Origin: Bugula neritina
Lineage: Eukaryota; Animalia; Bryozoa
Length of the DNA: 64,000 nucleotides
Reading direction: 5' to 3'
NCBI GenBank assembly: GCA_964035545.1
Contig: OZ037765.1
Location: 17,608,995-17,672,994 of the forward strand
Positions 27,001 to 39,049 of the stretch are shown one piece after another. Made by a program: the position numbers and the translations under genes. Every line of letters begins with the position of its first letter. Positions within the stretch are counted from its first letter, which is position 1. The notes beneath the pieces were generated by a model, which saw only the letters and a list, made by a program, of their open reading frames with translations, did no database searches and was not told where the DNA came from.

Positions 27001-27523
27001 AATTTAGATCCTTGGTAATAAGCATTAGTAACCATAATACTATTAATAATTAAGTAGAGTTATTTTCAATGCTGGTAGTAATACTAACACTTGCACTAAG
27101 TCTAATACTGTAATACTGTAATAGTATTGGCAATAGTAATAGTAATAGTAATACTAATAGTAATAGTACTAGCACTACTCATACTCATAGTCATACTCAT
27201 ACTGTAGCAATAATCACCTAATAATTATAATCATAATGGGTTATTATTTTGGCTCTGAACTTCGACATCAACTACAAATTAAACTTTATTTTAAACATTA
27301 GGGAGACTGGGGAAGAGGTTTTAATTTGAGTTTAGTTTAACTTTCACAATCAAATTCAGTTTCACTGTGAATTAAAGCTTAAATTAAAACACTGGTAAAC
27401 TTAAACTAATACTAATAATTTAACTTTATATTCTACCGTGAAATGGACGCCTTCAACACTGCCAACACTATAACAGGAATCTCCAAAGTTGGCAGCACCA
27501 GTCAAAATTTGATGTCGATTCAT
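1..27523 (-). CDS. DMXL: DmX-like protein / rabconnectin-3 alpha (WD40 + Rav1p_C), multi-exon, 3' part continues beyond the left edge
   Basis: Exon 1 (27437-27523) MNRHQILTGAANFGDSCYSVGSVEGVHFT, exon 2 (26690-26815) AYAAGCDIVILACDFQRVQIIPGATHGNIQVKCVDCS and exon 3 (25748-25819) match the recalled DMXL1/2 N-terminus. Later exons encode NVLMTWAKDNVCRLWSET, HLVQLDWAPTEDGGHVLTVAVG, LPQYHPKQLLELLNFGK and the Rav1p_C-like FFKNDFTEDRWRKAALKNAYALLGLQRF (~401-569). Checked boundaries are GT-AG with consistent phase. DMXL1 vs DMXL2 is a vertebrate distinction. Confidence 0.96.
651..863 (+). mobile_element. tRNA-Thr(AGT)-derived SINE, copy 1 (DMXL intron)
   Basis: Head CCGTGGTCTAGGGTTTAAAGCG..TAGTAAAC..GTTCAAATCCCAG (A/B boxes), core TGGTGATGTTAGGAAGAG.ATCCAGTCATAATTGCTCCTG and tail GACTATAAACTTG.GTGAG are shared with five other loci. 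Confidence 0.85.
4900..5052. repeat. Degenerate ~12-bp minisatellite (TATCATACAGTA) filling most of a short DMXL intron
   Basis: Repeated tcatacagta/tcatagagta/tcatacacta units. Confidence 0.85.
6105..6316. mobile_element. MITE (Tc1/mariner-pogo type, TA flanks), copy 1
   Basis: Imperfect ~22 bp TIRs CAATGCTCCCTCCATATCTCAC / GTGAGATACGGAGGGAGTGCTG, with TA on both sides; the body recurs at 37039 and 23274. Confidence 0.85.
16355..16562. repeat. 14-bp minisatellite AACTGTGACTCAAC, 14 units plus 1 degenerate unit
   Basis: Directly visible tandem units; 11 contain TGACTCA. Confidence 0.95.
20541..20752 (+). mobile_element. Same SINE, copy 2
   Basis: Colinear similarity to 651-863 and 61675-61885 across head, core and tail. 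Confidence 0.85.
23274..23377. mobile_element. Same MITE, internally deleted, opposite orientation
   Basis: TA-CAGTGCTCCCTCTGTATCTCACTAAGC...AAGCCACAAA..TCAAGTCCTTCTCGTGACC..GATACGGCAAAGCACTG-TA. Confidence 0.75.
23853..23902. repeat. Short tandem repeat GGTCATGTTGAAAAGTT, about 3 copies
   Basis: Two perfect units and one degenerate unit. Confidence 0.8.
25133..25320 (-). mobile_element. Same SINE, copy 3 (reverse, more diverged)
   Basis: The reverse complement reads ..CTTAGTAAAC..CCCAGTAAAGGCCATTGTTGATGTTAGGGAGGGTGTCCAGTCATAATT..AAGTCCTTAGCCTGCTTAAAAC. Confidence 0.8.
27030..27420. repeat. TAG/TAA/TAC-triplet low-complexity tract in DMXL intron 1
   Basis: e.g. aatagtaatagtaatagtaatactaatagtaatagtact, atactcatactcatagtcatactcatac. 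Confidence 0.8.
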
Positions 27524-27599
27524 CTTGATCTTGATTTTGGACTTGACTTAACACTAACAGTTCACAGACAAGTGACAACTGAACTAACAACTACAACAA

Positions 27600-28000
27600 A
27601 GTACAAGTGCTGAGGTATAATTCCATGCCACGTCGTGTAAATCATAAATGGAGTAAATTTTTATCACACTTAGAGTCAATTTAAATGTTATCGCTAGTTA
27701 TTTCGTCTAAATTATTTTCATAATGACGATGGAAATCACTATCATGATGATGATGATTTGATTCACTCAGGATTCAGTAAAAATGAGAAACATTACTAGT
27801 TTTACTAGCTATAGTCCAAATTTATGAAAATTTTGCTCGTTAAATTCGAGGTGTTTCGCTGGCTACACGTAATTTTAACGTTATGGAAATATCACGTCAT
27901 AACTATTTTATTGAGGAGACTCCGTAGAGAAAACTTTGCACAAATTGTAATTACGTGACAGTTCACTTGGTAGCGGAGTTGTCTGTTCAGCAATATAGCC
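27600..28000. promoter_or_regulatory. Probable DMXL promoter, possibly bidirectional with the orphan gene
   Basis: Local CpG enrichment in otherwise CpG-poor DNA just upstream of the DMXL ATG; several ACGT-core motifs (CACGTC, TACACGT, TCACGTCA, TTACGTGA). Confidence 0.5.
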
Positions 28001-28912
28001 AGCTTCCAAGCAACCAAAATATTACTAATTTAAGCATTGGAAGACTTTTTAAGAATATGATATCAATTATATTATTGCTTTATCACTACAATTTAACAAC
28101 TTGACAAATAAGTCTGCCTCTAACCTTATAAATTAAAGCGCTGCTGTACATACTTTGATGAGAATAGGAAAGTATTTGGTAATATGTCCTGAAAAAACAG
28201 AAAACAGAAAAAACACATGTATTGGTATTTATGACATTTGGTTAAGACTGTAGAAAACACAATTTATATAATTTCACAACCAAGTAACTCAATTCAGATA
28301 AAACAATAGAAGCTGGAGATTTAAAAAGCATTCAAATAATCTTAGTAATCAGATTACATAATTAAGAAAGGTGCTATATGCCCTTCATCATTTTCAAATT
28401 AGAGTTCATTAAAACTTTAGAGTTTAGGTGAGATAAGTATATAAATTATAATCAATGAGTTCAAGTTTTGAAACTGCTTAAAACATAAAACATTTATTTT
28501 TAACTACTAATCTTGTAGTTTTGTAAGCTAAATGTATGAAAGCCATGTATAGTATGTATAGTAATGTATAGTTTGGTTGAGTATTTCGTATTATAGGATT
28601 AAAATTCTGTTTGGAGTTATATGTGAACTAAAATGCATTAGCTAAAGTTACTTTTGTATGTATAAGACCAAAAAATAAAAACAATTTTATGTAGATTTCT
28701 AGCATAGTAAAAATCAAGAGCTTAGAAACAAATTGATGAATACCCTTGCTCAACATAAATATCATACAAGAAAATAATGTTGTAATGATAAAAACTTTTG
28801 TTATAATAATACTTTGGGTTCAAGTAAGATCTGCTCAAGTCTAGGCACATATTTTTATATCCAGTTGCAGAATTGGCTGCTCTGTAATTATAAGCTATAG
28901 TAGGTTATTGAG

Positions 28913-28915
<3 letters not shown>

Positions 28916-28958
<43 letters not shown>
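28916..28958. repeat. (AT)n microsatellite
   Basis: About 21 perfect AT units. Confidence 0.95.
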
Positions 28959-28959
<1 letters not shown>

Positions 28960-29124
28960 CATGATGTCAACAATGACAACATTTTAAGGATACGTTGTGT
29001 CTTGCGAATAGTTCAACAATCAAAATAACTAAAAGTTCACTCTGTATCTGTATCTTGGTGAAGCTAGTTGATTATTCTGCTCTCTCTGTTCTCAGATATA
29101 ATATTGGCATATATTATCCAAACA

Positions 29125-30026
29125 ATGTATTCTAAGAAGTACTCAATCTGTGATAACACATCTATGACTACCAGCATGAATGAGATTGTCTCTCCAGTAT
29201 ACACTATTATTGAGTAAGTTTATTTGTAATTCTTCTTGAAATTGTACAAAGAAAGTTTCTAGCTCAACAATATGTTGTTTTTATCAATATATAGTTATTA
29301 AACTTTCATTTTTAACGTATTTAACTATAGAGCATTAAGTATGTAGAAATTTATTCAAGACTGTAACTTTTCACTCCATAACAAATTAATGTTTGAATAT
29401 TTAAAAGGCTACTATTTGGTACGTAGTGCTATGCATAATGGATGACGCAATGCATTGCACAGCACTGTAGGAAACATGCAACATGGGAAACACAATTCCA
29501 AAGTGTACTTGTTATTTTTTACCTCTATCAGTGATTATTGCAAATCTTTCCGATGCAGATTATAACTATGAATTACATGCATGTATTACCAAGATATACT
29601 ACATTATGTATATGCAAGCCAATGTGACAATCTATAAAACATATTTTTAGGAATCCAAATGAGGTTATAGAGATGAAAGTCTTTATTAAAAAAGTAAAGA
29701 GTGCTATTGGTAGAGATGGGTTAGATGATGGAGTATGTGAGTTTGAGAAAGTGATAGACCATAGGATAACATTGGAAGGGATTGAAGAGGAAGATGATGA
29801 AGTTGTCTCCTCAATTAGTAACAAGAAGGCAACTTTTAAATCCACATTCTATAATGGACTTCGTAGCATCAGAAGCAAAATTAGGAATAGTAGTGACAGT
29901 GACACTAAACCTATATCCTATAGACAAAACAAAACCTGTTGCTCCAAAGTTAAATTAAATAAGAAATGGCTAAGGGCAGTTAAATATTGTTTTACAGTAA
30001 AAAGTGGCCATTTTTCCCTCTATTAA
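29125..30026 (+). CDS. Uncharacterised two-exon protein, about 154 aa (join 29125-29213, 29651-30026); may have further upstream exon(s)
   Basis: A GA|gtaagt donor and ttttag|G acceptor join MYSKKYSICDNTSMTTSMNEIVSPVYTIIE in frame to NPNEVIE and the 117-aa ORF 29673..30026. There is an acceptor-like ctctgttctcag at 29095 and AATAAA near 30289. No recognisable domain. Confidence 0.6.
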
Positions 30027-32046
30027 GACACCTGCTATTAGCCTATGTTCATTTGAATGTGCAGTATCTGTGTAGTATCTGTGTAGTACTATGATTACAC
30101 ATATGTATATATGTATATATTATTTGTTTATTACCACACAATATGCATGCGTTACTTAATTAGGAACCACAGCTAGTAGTAACTTGAATATTTATGTATT
30201 TCCATAGCTCCCCTACTCCAAGGATCTTTTGGGTGGAGCTTCGTTTATTTTCTATAATAGGAAGTGTATAGCAAAAAATATTTTTTGAAATAAACTTTTA
30301 TCTATATATTGAAAAACACATTGCTAACTTTAATTATGTTGTGATATAATGCTTAAAACATTTGGGGTAGCAGCATTGATTACAGATGACGCAGCAAGTA
30401 AAAACACTGGGGTTGTCGTTAACACATAATTAGACATAATTCAGATACTTTTATTGGTGCAGTATCTTTAACATAAAGCATACCACTTAATGACAGCTTA
30501 CCAAAAATACAACAGTTGCAAAAACATGGGAATAATTTACACAAAAGTAAATAAAGCTCTGAATTTTTACAAACTATGCAACAAAAACAAATATATTTAT
30601 GTACTCCAATCATTATAGTATATAGTGTGTGTGTGTATGTGTGTGTGTGCTCGCACGCGTGTGTTTCACTTTTGTATAAACATCTGCATTTACAAGTATA
30701 TTATTATGCCCATGTTTAAGGTATATTTGGAAAGACAACCCTCAAATTAAAGACAAACTCAAAATTGAGGAATTACGTTCAATATTGTTCTAATTATTTT
30801 TATCCTGTGAGTGTGAATTTTTAATGCCCATTTTTAATGATTAGGAGTTATTATTTCTTTGAAGTTCATTAATGTGTAGATAATAAAGCCCAGAAGAAAG
30901 CTATACCTAAATTTATCTAAACCTGAGGTATATTTTGGCAAACAATGCAAATTTAAACTTGTATGATATTTTATTTAGATTAAGCTAAATGTTACATAAT
31001 GGAAAATAGTTGTATACAGCTGTAAAAACTTTACGCAGGTGTCAATTTCGTAGATAAACCTAAATATTCCTAATTCAGTATATAGAAAATATGTTTCAAT
31101 ATAATAAGACATAAATGACAATAACCTCTTTAATAACTAATGATGTTTTCATACTGAGTTAGCTAAATAGTATTACTTCATCATAGCTTAGCCTTTATAC
31201 TGATACTTCATCTGGCAGGTGAATAAAGAGCATGTAGTTCAGTGTGTTGGAGTGATCAACAGTTGACTAATGCAGTCTGCAATCAGATACTCATGCATGT
31301 ACAGATAGGCATCTAAATGCTATACTCCAGTCTTGCAATGTTACAGTTAGTATATACTGTGTGAATGTGCACTACTAGTAGTAGTAGGAATATGTTGCAG
31401 TGAGTTAGTTCTGTATGCTATACATCACCCAATCCACCATATCTACAATGTAATAGTAAACCTTAGAGAAATGGTATCGATTATGTTGATATTCTCAAAA
31501 TAAAGAAAACTAAATATGTTTCAATTTATGTGCACCCAGAAATTAGTAGTTTGCCATTCACTATGCAATGTACATTGTTTGTATGCCCTAAATGAATGGG
31601 AATAAAATCAAAAACAGTTTACTTGCTTTAATATAACATGAGAGAAACATCTTTAGTTAAAAGTTGTGCTTCAATCAGCCCCCTAAGCTACATAAAACAA
31701 ACAGATCTCTTTTAACATATATGACTATACAAATATTATATAAATGTTGAAATTAAACAAATTTTTAATTGGTTTTCATTCAAAAACACAGAAAATATTG
31801 GCAGCGTTAGTTATTTCAAAAAATACTCAAAATTTAGCATCCATTTGTGATTTTCATAATCATCATGCTCAATCTCACCACCCACCCACCCTATCTGCTG
31901 TACTTCAAACTAAAAGACATAATCTAATATCAGAAATAAATACAATGCTAGTTGTATATGGAAAACAGTGCATGGGGCCTACTGACCCAACTTAGAAAAT
32001 AAATTTGTCAAACCACTGCTAAAGAGTTTGTCAACTATGGACTTAC

Positions 32047-34106
32047 ACGAGTACAGCCTAAGCACAATAGACACTAGAGAAACTGATAAAAAATTAATAA
32101 TTTTGAAAACAGAAGTTCAAACAAAAGGCAAAAATGACCCTCTTTCATTCAAACTTGCACTTTATGTCGTAATTAAAATTTGCATGTTCTGTTAATCACT
32201 GCATTAAAAGTTTCAGGCTGTTTGTAACTTTGTCAAATAAATGTGAGTTAATTAATATAGATGGGCCAAAGGATAAAGGTTTGATGTAATCTACTAAACT
32301 TATGTTGACCAATGCAAATGCATTTTTTCAATTAATCTCATAACTAGCTTGTCTGCATTTGTTATTTGTTTCGCTCTTGGTACCTAAACCTTTAAAACTC
32401 TTAAAGAAGAGAATATTTGGTTTCTTTTCACCAACTTATCGATATTCAATTTTTAAAAATGTGCCATAAATTAAAAGATAAACCTCGTACCTTTCAGAAA
32501 GAGAAGTATACCAAACTTCTGACTGGCAGAATTAAACTGAGAACCTGCAGGTTGCAACCTGGTAGATGACTGCTTGACCCAGTATTCAGAGGCGGTGTGC
32601 ACAAATGTTCCACTGTAAGAGGTTACAATTGCAGTTTAGCAAATGGCACAAGTCATGAGGATATACTTAGCATAATATACTATAGTTGGTAGTTAAAATG
32701 AGAACACACAGACACACACACACTTACACCCAAATATCTTGAAAATATAAATATATCTTATTTATGATCATTTAATATATAAGACAGGATTTGACACTAG
32801 TCATGCATAGCACAACATGACTCAAATGTTAGAAAGATTGTTTGTACACATGCTGACAAACTTACTAGAATTTAATATTTCCAGTGAGTGTAGTAGGTAC
32901 ATTCCATGTTAGCACAATGCTGTCTTTAGCTGGTTGAAAGCTACTAAAGGCCGATGTATGGGTGACGCCCTTAAATACAGCAAAAATTATGATGATCTCA
33001 GCAACATCCTTTTAAAAGGCATTTTCCTTAATTTTTTTGAAAACTATTGCTTTAAATACATATATATGAAAATGTGATTTCGAATTGCACTTTGAATAAA
33101 TCATGTTACTTACGCCTGCACATTGGTCTTGCACAAGTTCAGATTGAGGGTTGAATGAGCCAATGGGAGACGCAGTATCATCATTTTCTGGAAGTGCCAT
33201 TATCAAGAACCCTCGAAAACTTTGAGAGCCTTTTAAGGTTACTTTGAATGAAAATTGACACAATCATTACATGCAGCCACATTATATGGAAATACAAAAG
33301 ATAATTTCACTTCCAGTATTTTTTAATTGCACCACATCTAATTAGTTCCTATTGTTATAGTTATACAAGCAATAATGGATATTGTTTTCTAATTAAATGT
33401 CATCAATATGGAAGCGGTTACTCATCCAAATAATGAAAATATGCAAATATTTAAAACTGGAAAAGCCTTTATTTAAACATAAAACACACAGCATAACATT
33501 TTAGTCATAGAATTTGTGTTTTTCCTAATTGTAGCTATGACGTGCTTCCCAGCAAATTTACACAAAAGAAAAATAAAAAACTATTCTAATGATATCTCAA
33601 TTTTCTTGATAATAATGTGGAACTATTTAAGAAACATTTTAAAGTGTCACAAAAAGTAGCTATTTAGAAACTGCTCTCCAAAAGAAATATGTTGTATGCT
33701 ACCAAAAAGCTGACGATAATCACTTTAGTTGAACAATTTGGTATAGTTAAGGTACACGAATCTAAATTTTCAGTCCTTTAATTTGCTGACATACATTCTT
33801 CCTATAGACATTGTAATGGCAGGAGAAAAAAATTAGTTTTCCAAGTTTCATGAAACAATTATCAAAAAAATGTAATAATTATAATAGCTTACTAGCAACT
33901 GAGCCACCAGGTGTGTAATAGTTAGTGTGAATCTCTATGTTGTAAGGAGAGATAGTAGTTTGAGGCAGGGATCCGTGGAGAGGGAGCATGTTAGACTTTG
34001 AACAGGCAGCTGAATCGGCCCCTGATGACTTTCCCTCAGTCCCAAGCAGAAAAGTTGCAGCTAGCAGGAGCACAGCAAAAACAGCAGGCTTAACTTTAAT
34101 CAACAT
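32047..34106 (-). CDS. Secreted reeler-domain (putative defence) protein; 3' end uncertain
   Basis: Exons 33893-34106, 33114-33241, 32866-32969 and ~32491-32612, possibly also 32047-32082. Signal peptide (AVFAVLLLAATFLLGTEG) followed by reeler-type motifs: AC..MLPLHG..PQT..SPY, ITLKGSQSFRGFLIMA, PIGSF, GVTHTS, LTWNVP, IKFYGTFV..YWV. Confidence 0.85.
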
Positions 34107-35193
34107 GATGACTTTAAAGGTAGCTTTCACTTCCTAGAATCTCTCTACAATAAATATCCACATTACAACACTGGAATGCAAGATAGTGCAAGAGAAGTTG
34201 TTTGATTACAATAACAATTGTTGCAACTTACTGAGTATGTGTGAATCAAACCTCTTCACAAGCAACAATGACTTTAAGCACAAGCTGCATTTGAGAAAAA
34301 TTGATCCTGTTTCCATGGCAACAGTTCAGAATGGAGCAGCTATAGCAGGCTTCCAGTATTTTACATATTGGTTGTTTTGATATTATAGGTTCTATTTGTT
34401 CATGCAGTATTTATGTCATAGGCTTTGATTAGCTGAATATTTTTTCTCTAATTAGCTTTTCCAATTAAAAACTGTGGCTTTAATTTGGCAAAGACAGTCA
34501 TTATTGACACTGGTTGCATTCTTGAAATATAAAGTAGATAACTCCAAAATATACAGTAGAAAACTTCTCGAGGGTTAATAGTTGGTTAGCTAATGCAAGC
34601 ATCACAGGTTAGATTTGTTTTTGCAAGAGCTAGCCTTCTCATAGTTTGTTTTATAGCTGATGTGTAAATGAAAAGGATATAGTTTGCCCTTTAAAGCCTA
34701 AATTAGAGCAACTACTCATATTATTTGATCTCTCGTTGAAATCCTGAAACCCATGTTTATTGCAACTAATAGCCAAAACTATAATAATAATCTAAATTTT
34801 GAAAAAATATCAACATTTTTTTATGGGATTCATAATACGTTGAAATTAAAATTACATTGATATAGGTTGGGGTTAACATTACAGTTTGGTGAGATAATTT
34901 TATAACAAGGTGCTAAAGAGTTTTATATAAAAACAGCAAAGGATGTAGGGCATAGGTAAGTGGTATATCATTCATTAGTGTCTGTTTTTGTAAACAAAAC
35001 TATTAAATACAGATTCACAATAACATTCACCGACTTAACTTCAGCATAGAATAATAATTAGCTTTAAAGTAAACTTTAGGACGGAAAAAACTGTCTAACA
35101 ATTTTAAAACAGTTCATATTTTAAAAACATTACACACAGTATATTTACTTATATTAATTTATCAACAGTTACAGGTTCTAAAAGTATTGCTGA

Positions 35194-38063
35194 CTAAGAC
35201 TCCTTCACTATGTTCAACTCATCTTGTTCATTCTTTTCAGACAAGGCATTAGCTATAGACTCTATAAATTTGGTGAACTCCATCTTTACAGTGTCCCCAT
35301 CCTCTTCTATATTCGACTTTATATGCTGTATCTTAGAAAAGGCCGCAGCTGAAAATTCAATATTAAAAGTTAAATAAAGTAATTTAAAGATAAAGTATTT
35401 TTCAATTGATAGTTTTCATCACACATCAAAAATAAAACTAGAAATATTGACCAATGTAAGCATACGATGCAGTGTTGACAGCTTACTGCCACAGTAGACT
35501 GACAAATGATATGATGGGAGAGAAAGTGGTACATACGTATTACATCTTCTAGTTCATACAACTGTCTTTGAGATCTAATGACTAGAGCACATTGATTTGG
35601 TTTCACCTTAGAAGAGCTCGTGAAATACGAGTGCCTAAGTAAAAGCAAATAATATGTAAGAGCCGAGAGGATGCAAAAATAGTGCTGCTATATGCATACA
35701 ATTAGTTCGTGTGTACTAAAACATAGGATTGATAGAAAAGTCTGAAAACACTCATATCAAAAAAATAGTTTTGTTAATCAGCCATAAATTAAAAGTGTAG
35801 TTGAGTTGATTTTTTGTGTTAACTAAAGTGTGCTACAGATAGATCAAAGCATTTAACTGTATCATGCTTACACAGCTGTATTTTATTGAGAGGTGTTAAA
35901 CCAGGCTTAACATATGCCACAGCTCTGGTAAGAGCTGGCTTAACCTTGGTAGCTGGTATGAGATAACTCAACCTATGAAAGACAACGTATCCTTAGTTAG
36001 AAGAGTACGAGAGTACTGAGTACCAGCAAACAGAATTGGCTGCGGTCAGATATGCAGACATACCATGATTCAAGGTCAGAACTCTGACTAGGCTGATCGG
36101 GATTGTACAAGAATATGATTCCACTAGCGTCTTTAGCCATCGCAGCCCAGCAGCTTTCATACCTGCGCATATAATAAATGCTTTACAACTTAGCACATGG
36201 GTACGACGAATTAATGGTATACACCATGCGATGCTGAAATGCAGCAAATAAACATGGGCTTTTAAGCAATATATCTGGGGAGGTTTGTGGTGAAATCGAG
36301 AGTATAAAAATAGTTCTATGTAATCATAATAAATACCTTAGAAATATATATATATATTCAACAAAAATCCATTATAAAGACTCTTTTAGTGCTTAATCTG
36401 GCTCTAAGCTTATTCTTTTATATTTAAATAGTTCATTTCAATTACTTTTCAATAACTATTTTGAAGATAAAAACACAAGTTTAGAAAATTAATGCCTAAT
36501 AAACTGTTTACTTATGATCTCCACTGCAGTCCCACAACTCTACATCAATGCTCCCAGAGCGCCCTTTAGACTTGGTCAATGGAGTTTCAAACTCTAAGAT
36601 TCTACAATATCAAGTGATTCAAACTAGTTATACAATATTAAAAATAGAATTTCTTGTAAATCTTCAAAATAACAATTTACTGAAATTCATCCAATTGTTA
36701 ATTTAATTTCATATATGTTCCTCTACAATTATTCTATAATAAAATAATATTTACCTAATTTAGATTTTGACAAAATTTGTAGTACATTGCAATAAAACAA
36801 TAAATATTTGACTAGGCTTTATGATTTGATGTATATGGTTTTCGTGCACATTCAAGGGTTTGAATTTGCAGTTTCTGATGTTTCAAGGATGAACTATTAT
36901 AGTGATCTATAATAGAGAGGTTACAAGCCTGAATATGTAGAGTCCATCACACATATTTTCACATGAGTTACAGAAATTTTGCACCTATTACATGCTCATA
37001 GTGCTCAAACTGCTCATAGTTTCATGATAAAATAATTACACTGCTCCATCTGTATCTCACGGTTCTATTTCTCACGAAATTCCATTCTTCACGAGAAGGG
37101 CTTGGACCTCCCTTTTGTGGTTTATGTATATGTATATAGGGACAAAATGGCCCAATTTAACAGATCCATTAGTTAAATCAGGTATTCTACTATGTCATGG
37201 TTTTGGGACCCGATGCTTAGTAAGATATGGAGAGAGCACTGCATGGACATTTAATTATTAGTCTATCATGCACATAATTATTGTTTAGCTGTTATGATTA
37301 TATAAATATCTTTTAATCTACATGTATATATGTGCTATGGAGCAAAATAAATTGGGTTGCAAATTATAATAATTATTTTGCTACACTTTTTGAAAAATAT
37401 TTGCATACAATTTGTAGAGCAGAAGTGTTATTTTATCCCAAATTATTTCAAGTTGAGTTTAGTCAAATATATATTTTTTTATAAGCAAATCGCGTTCAAT
37501 TTTGGTTGATTCCTGAGATGAGACACCAAATTCCATTTCATCAAATTAATTACACCTGTCTGTCTAGCTTAAATATTTGTCTAAAAAATAGCATACACTA
37601 CTTTTGACAGTTTGTGCTATGTGTCCCACAGTCTGCCTACAACCTCTTTAAAACCCTAATTACTGCATCATATTGTAATATATTATTGCACGCACATGAG
37701 TTTATACTTGTGTTTGTGCTACACTAATTAATTCACAAGAATTACCAGAATAACAAAAACAAAAACTATCACTATTGTGAATTGCAATATAAAGAAAAGA
37801 AAGTTCGCCATTATTACCTGACTCCTTGGGTTGGCCTGTAGTCTCCCCCAGCATTTTCGGCTTGATCAGAAACAAAGTTTGAAAAGTAAGTTTTACCTGC
37901 CTAAAACAAATACAACCAAATATAATCTGTAATTACTGTAGATAGCCTGTAGGCATTGTACACACCTCAAATAAACTGAGAACAACAAAAATTTAAGAAT
38001 ATTGTAGACTCATAGTATACCTACTTCGCATGGACCAACAACTAAAACTTTTAATTTCAACAT
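35194..38063 (-). CDS. IFT22: Intraflagellar transport protein 22 (Rab-like 5 small GTPase), 187 aa, 6 coding exons
   Basis: Join 38025-38063, 37818-37900, 36512-36601, 36064-36162, 35537-35634, 35194-35348 (564 nt, all phases consistent). Translation MLKLKVLVVGPCEAGKTYFSNF..YRPTQGVRILEFE..VELWDCSGDHKYESCWAAMAKDASGIIFLYNPD..SNIEEDGDTVKMEFTKFIESI..ELNIVKES matches recalled IFT22/RABL5. Confidence 0.95.
37039..37241. mobile_element. Same MITE, near full length (IFT22 intron)
   Basis: Colinear with 6105-6316: GAGAAGGGCTTGGACC, AGTTAAATC.GGTATTCTACTATGTCA, GGGACCCG..GCTTAGT.AGATA.GGAG.GAG. Confidence 0.85.
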
Positions 38064-38686
38064 TTTCTGTAGTGTGAATTCTTAGCCGTATTCTAAATTA
38101 TATAAAAGAAATAATTAAACAAATAAATATGCGAGTTCTTTGCCATCAAACATGTCTATAATATATGAGTATGCTACTATAATGTCCAAGACTATTGATC
38201 AAATCTTCTATGTTGTAGATATTATGATTGTAACCCTGCTTTTATTTCAAATGCTAATTATACATATAAAAATTAAAATCTTTACAAATTTGCTCATAGA
38301 AGCACAATAAAATTTGATAAACGTAATTTTGTTGGACACGAGAAAAGAAGGTGATGAAACTTTACATCGCAGCACATATACCACCCTAGTGTGTTTGCTT
38401 CGAAGGGTTTTCAAGTGCCACCAGATTAACTGCATAGACCTAATTTGCACCACTTGCATGGTGTACAACTTGTACTGTTATAGCTACTATTTATAATAGA
38501 GACAAATGAAGCATTCTTCCACAATAGTGCAAATGTTCACATAGCTTTCATCAATGTAAGATTTTAAACATTTTGAAACTGGTAGCCTTTATATGCTACA
38601 ACAGCTGTTGTTTTTTATTGCAACATAATTATTAACAAGTAGTTAATCAAAATATTATGGTGACATATTTTATGCAACAATTAAAA

Positions 38687-39004
38687 ACTCACGAAGGGTT
38701 ATAGTCGCCATCCCGATGAGAAAACCCGGTGGAAAAGTTTTTTAAAGTAGGTTAAGGACCTGTTTTCTACCGCGGCAAAAGAGCAATTATGACTGCATGC
38801 CTTTCTTACATCACAATAGCCTTTACTGAAGTTCGAACTGTAATAAAATTTATTGCCCATTGATTATGTTAGAAAACATATTCAGTCACAATTGCTCATT
38901 TGCTGTGATAGAAAACAAGTCCTAAGTGGGTAGCCTGCCTAAAAACTCTCTCTACTGAGATGGTTCTTAGAGGGATAGCAACTATGAACATATGTGAGTG
39001 AGTA
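38687..39004. mobile_element. Two 5'-truncated copies of the same SINE in inverted orientation (38687-38838 minus; 38856-39004 plus)
   Basis: The left arm has GAGCAATTATGACTG and TTATAGTCGCCATCC (reverse core and tail). The right arm has ATGTTAGAAAACATATTCAGTCACAATTGCTC..GGGATAGCAACTATGAAC..GTGAGTGAGT. Confidence 0.75.
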
Positions 39005-39049
39005 AATATAATAGTAGCTAGAGTTAGAATGCAGTATGAGTAATACAGT

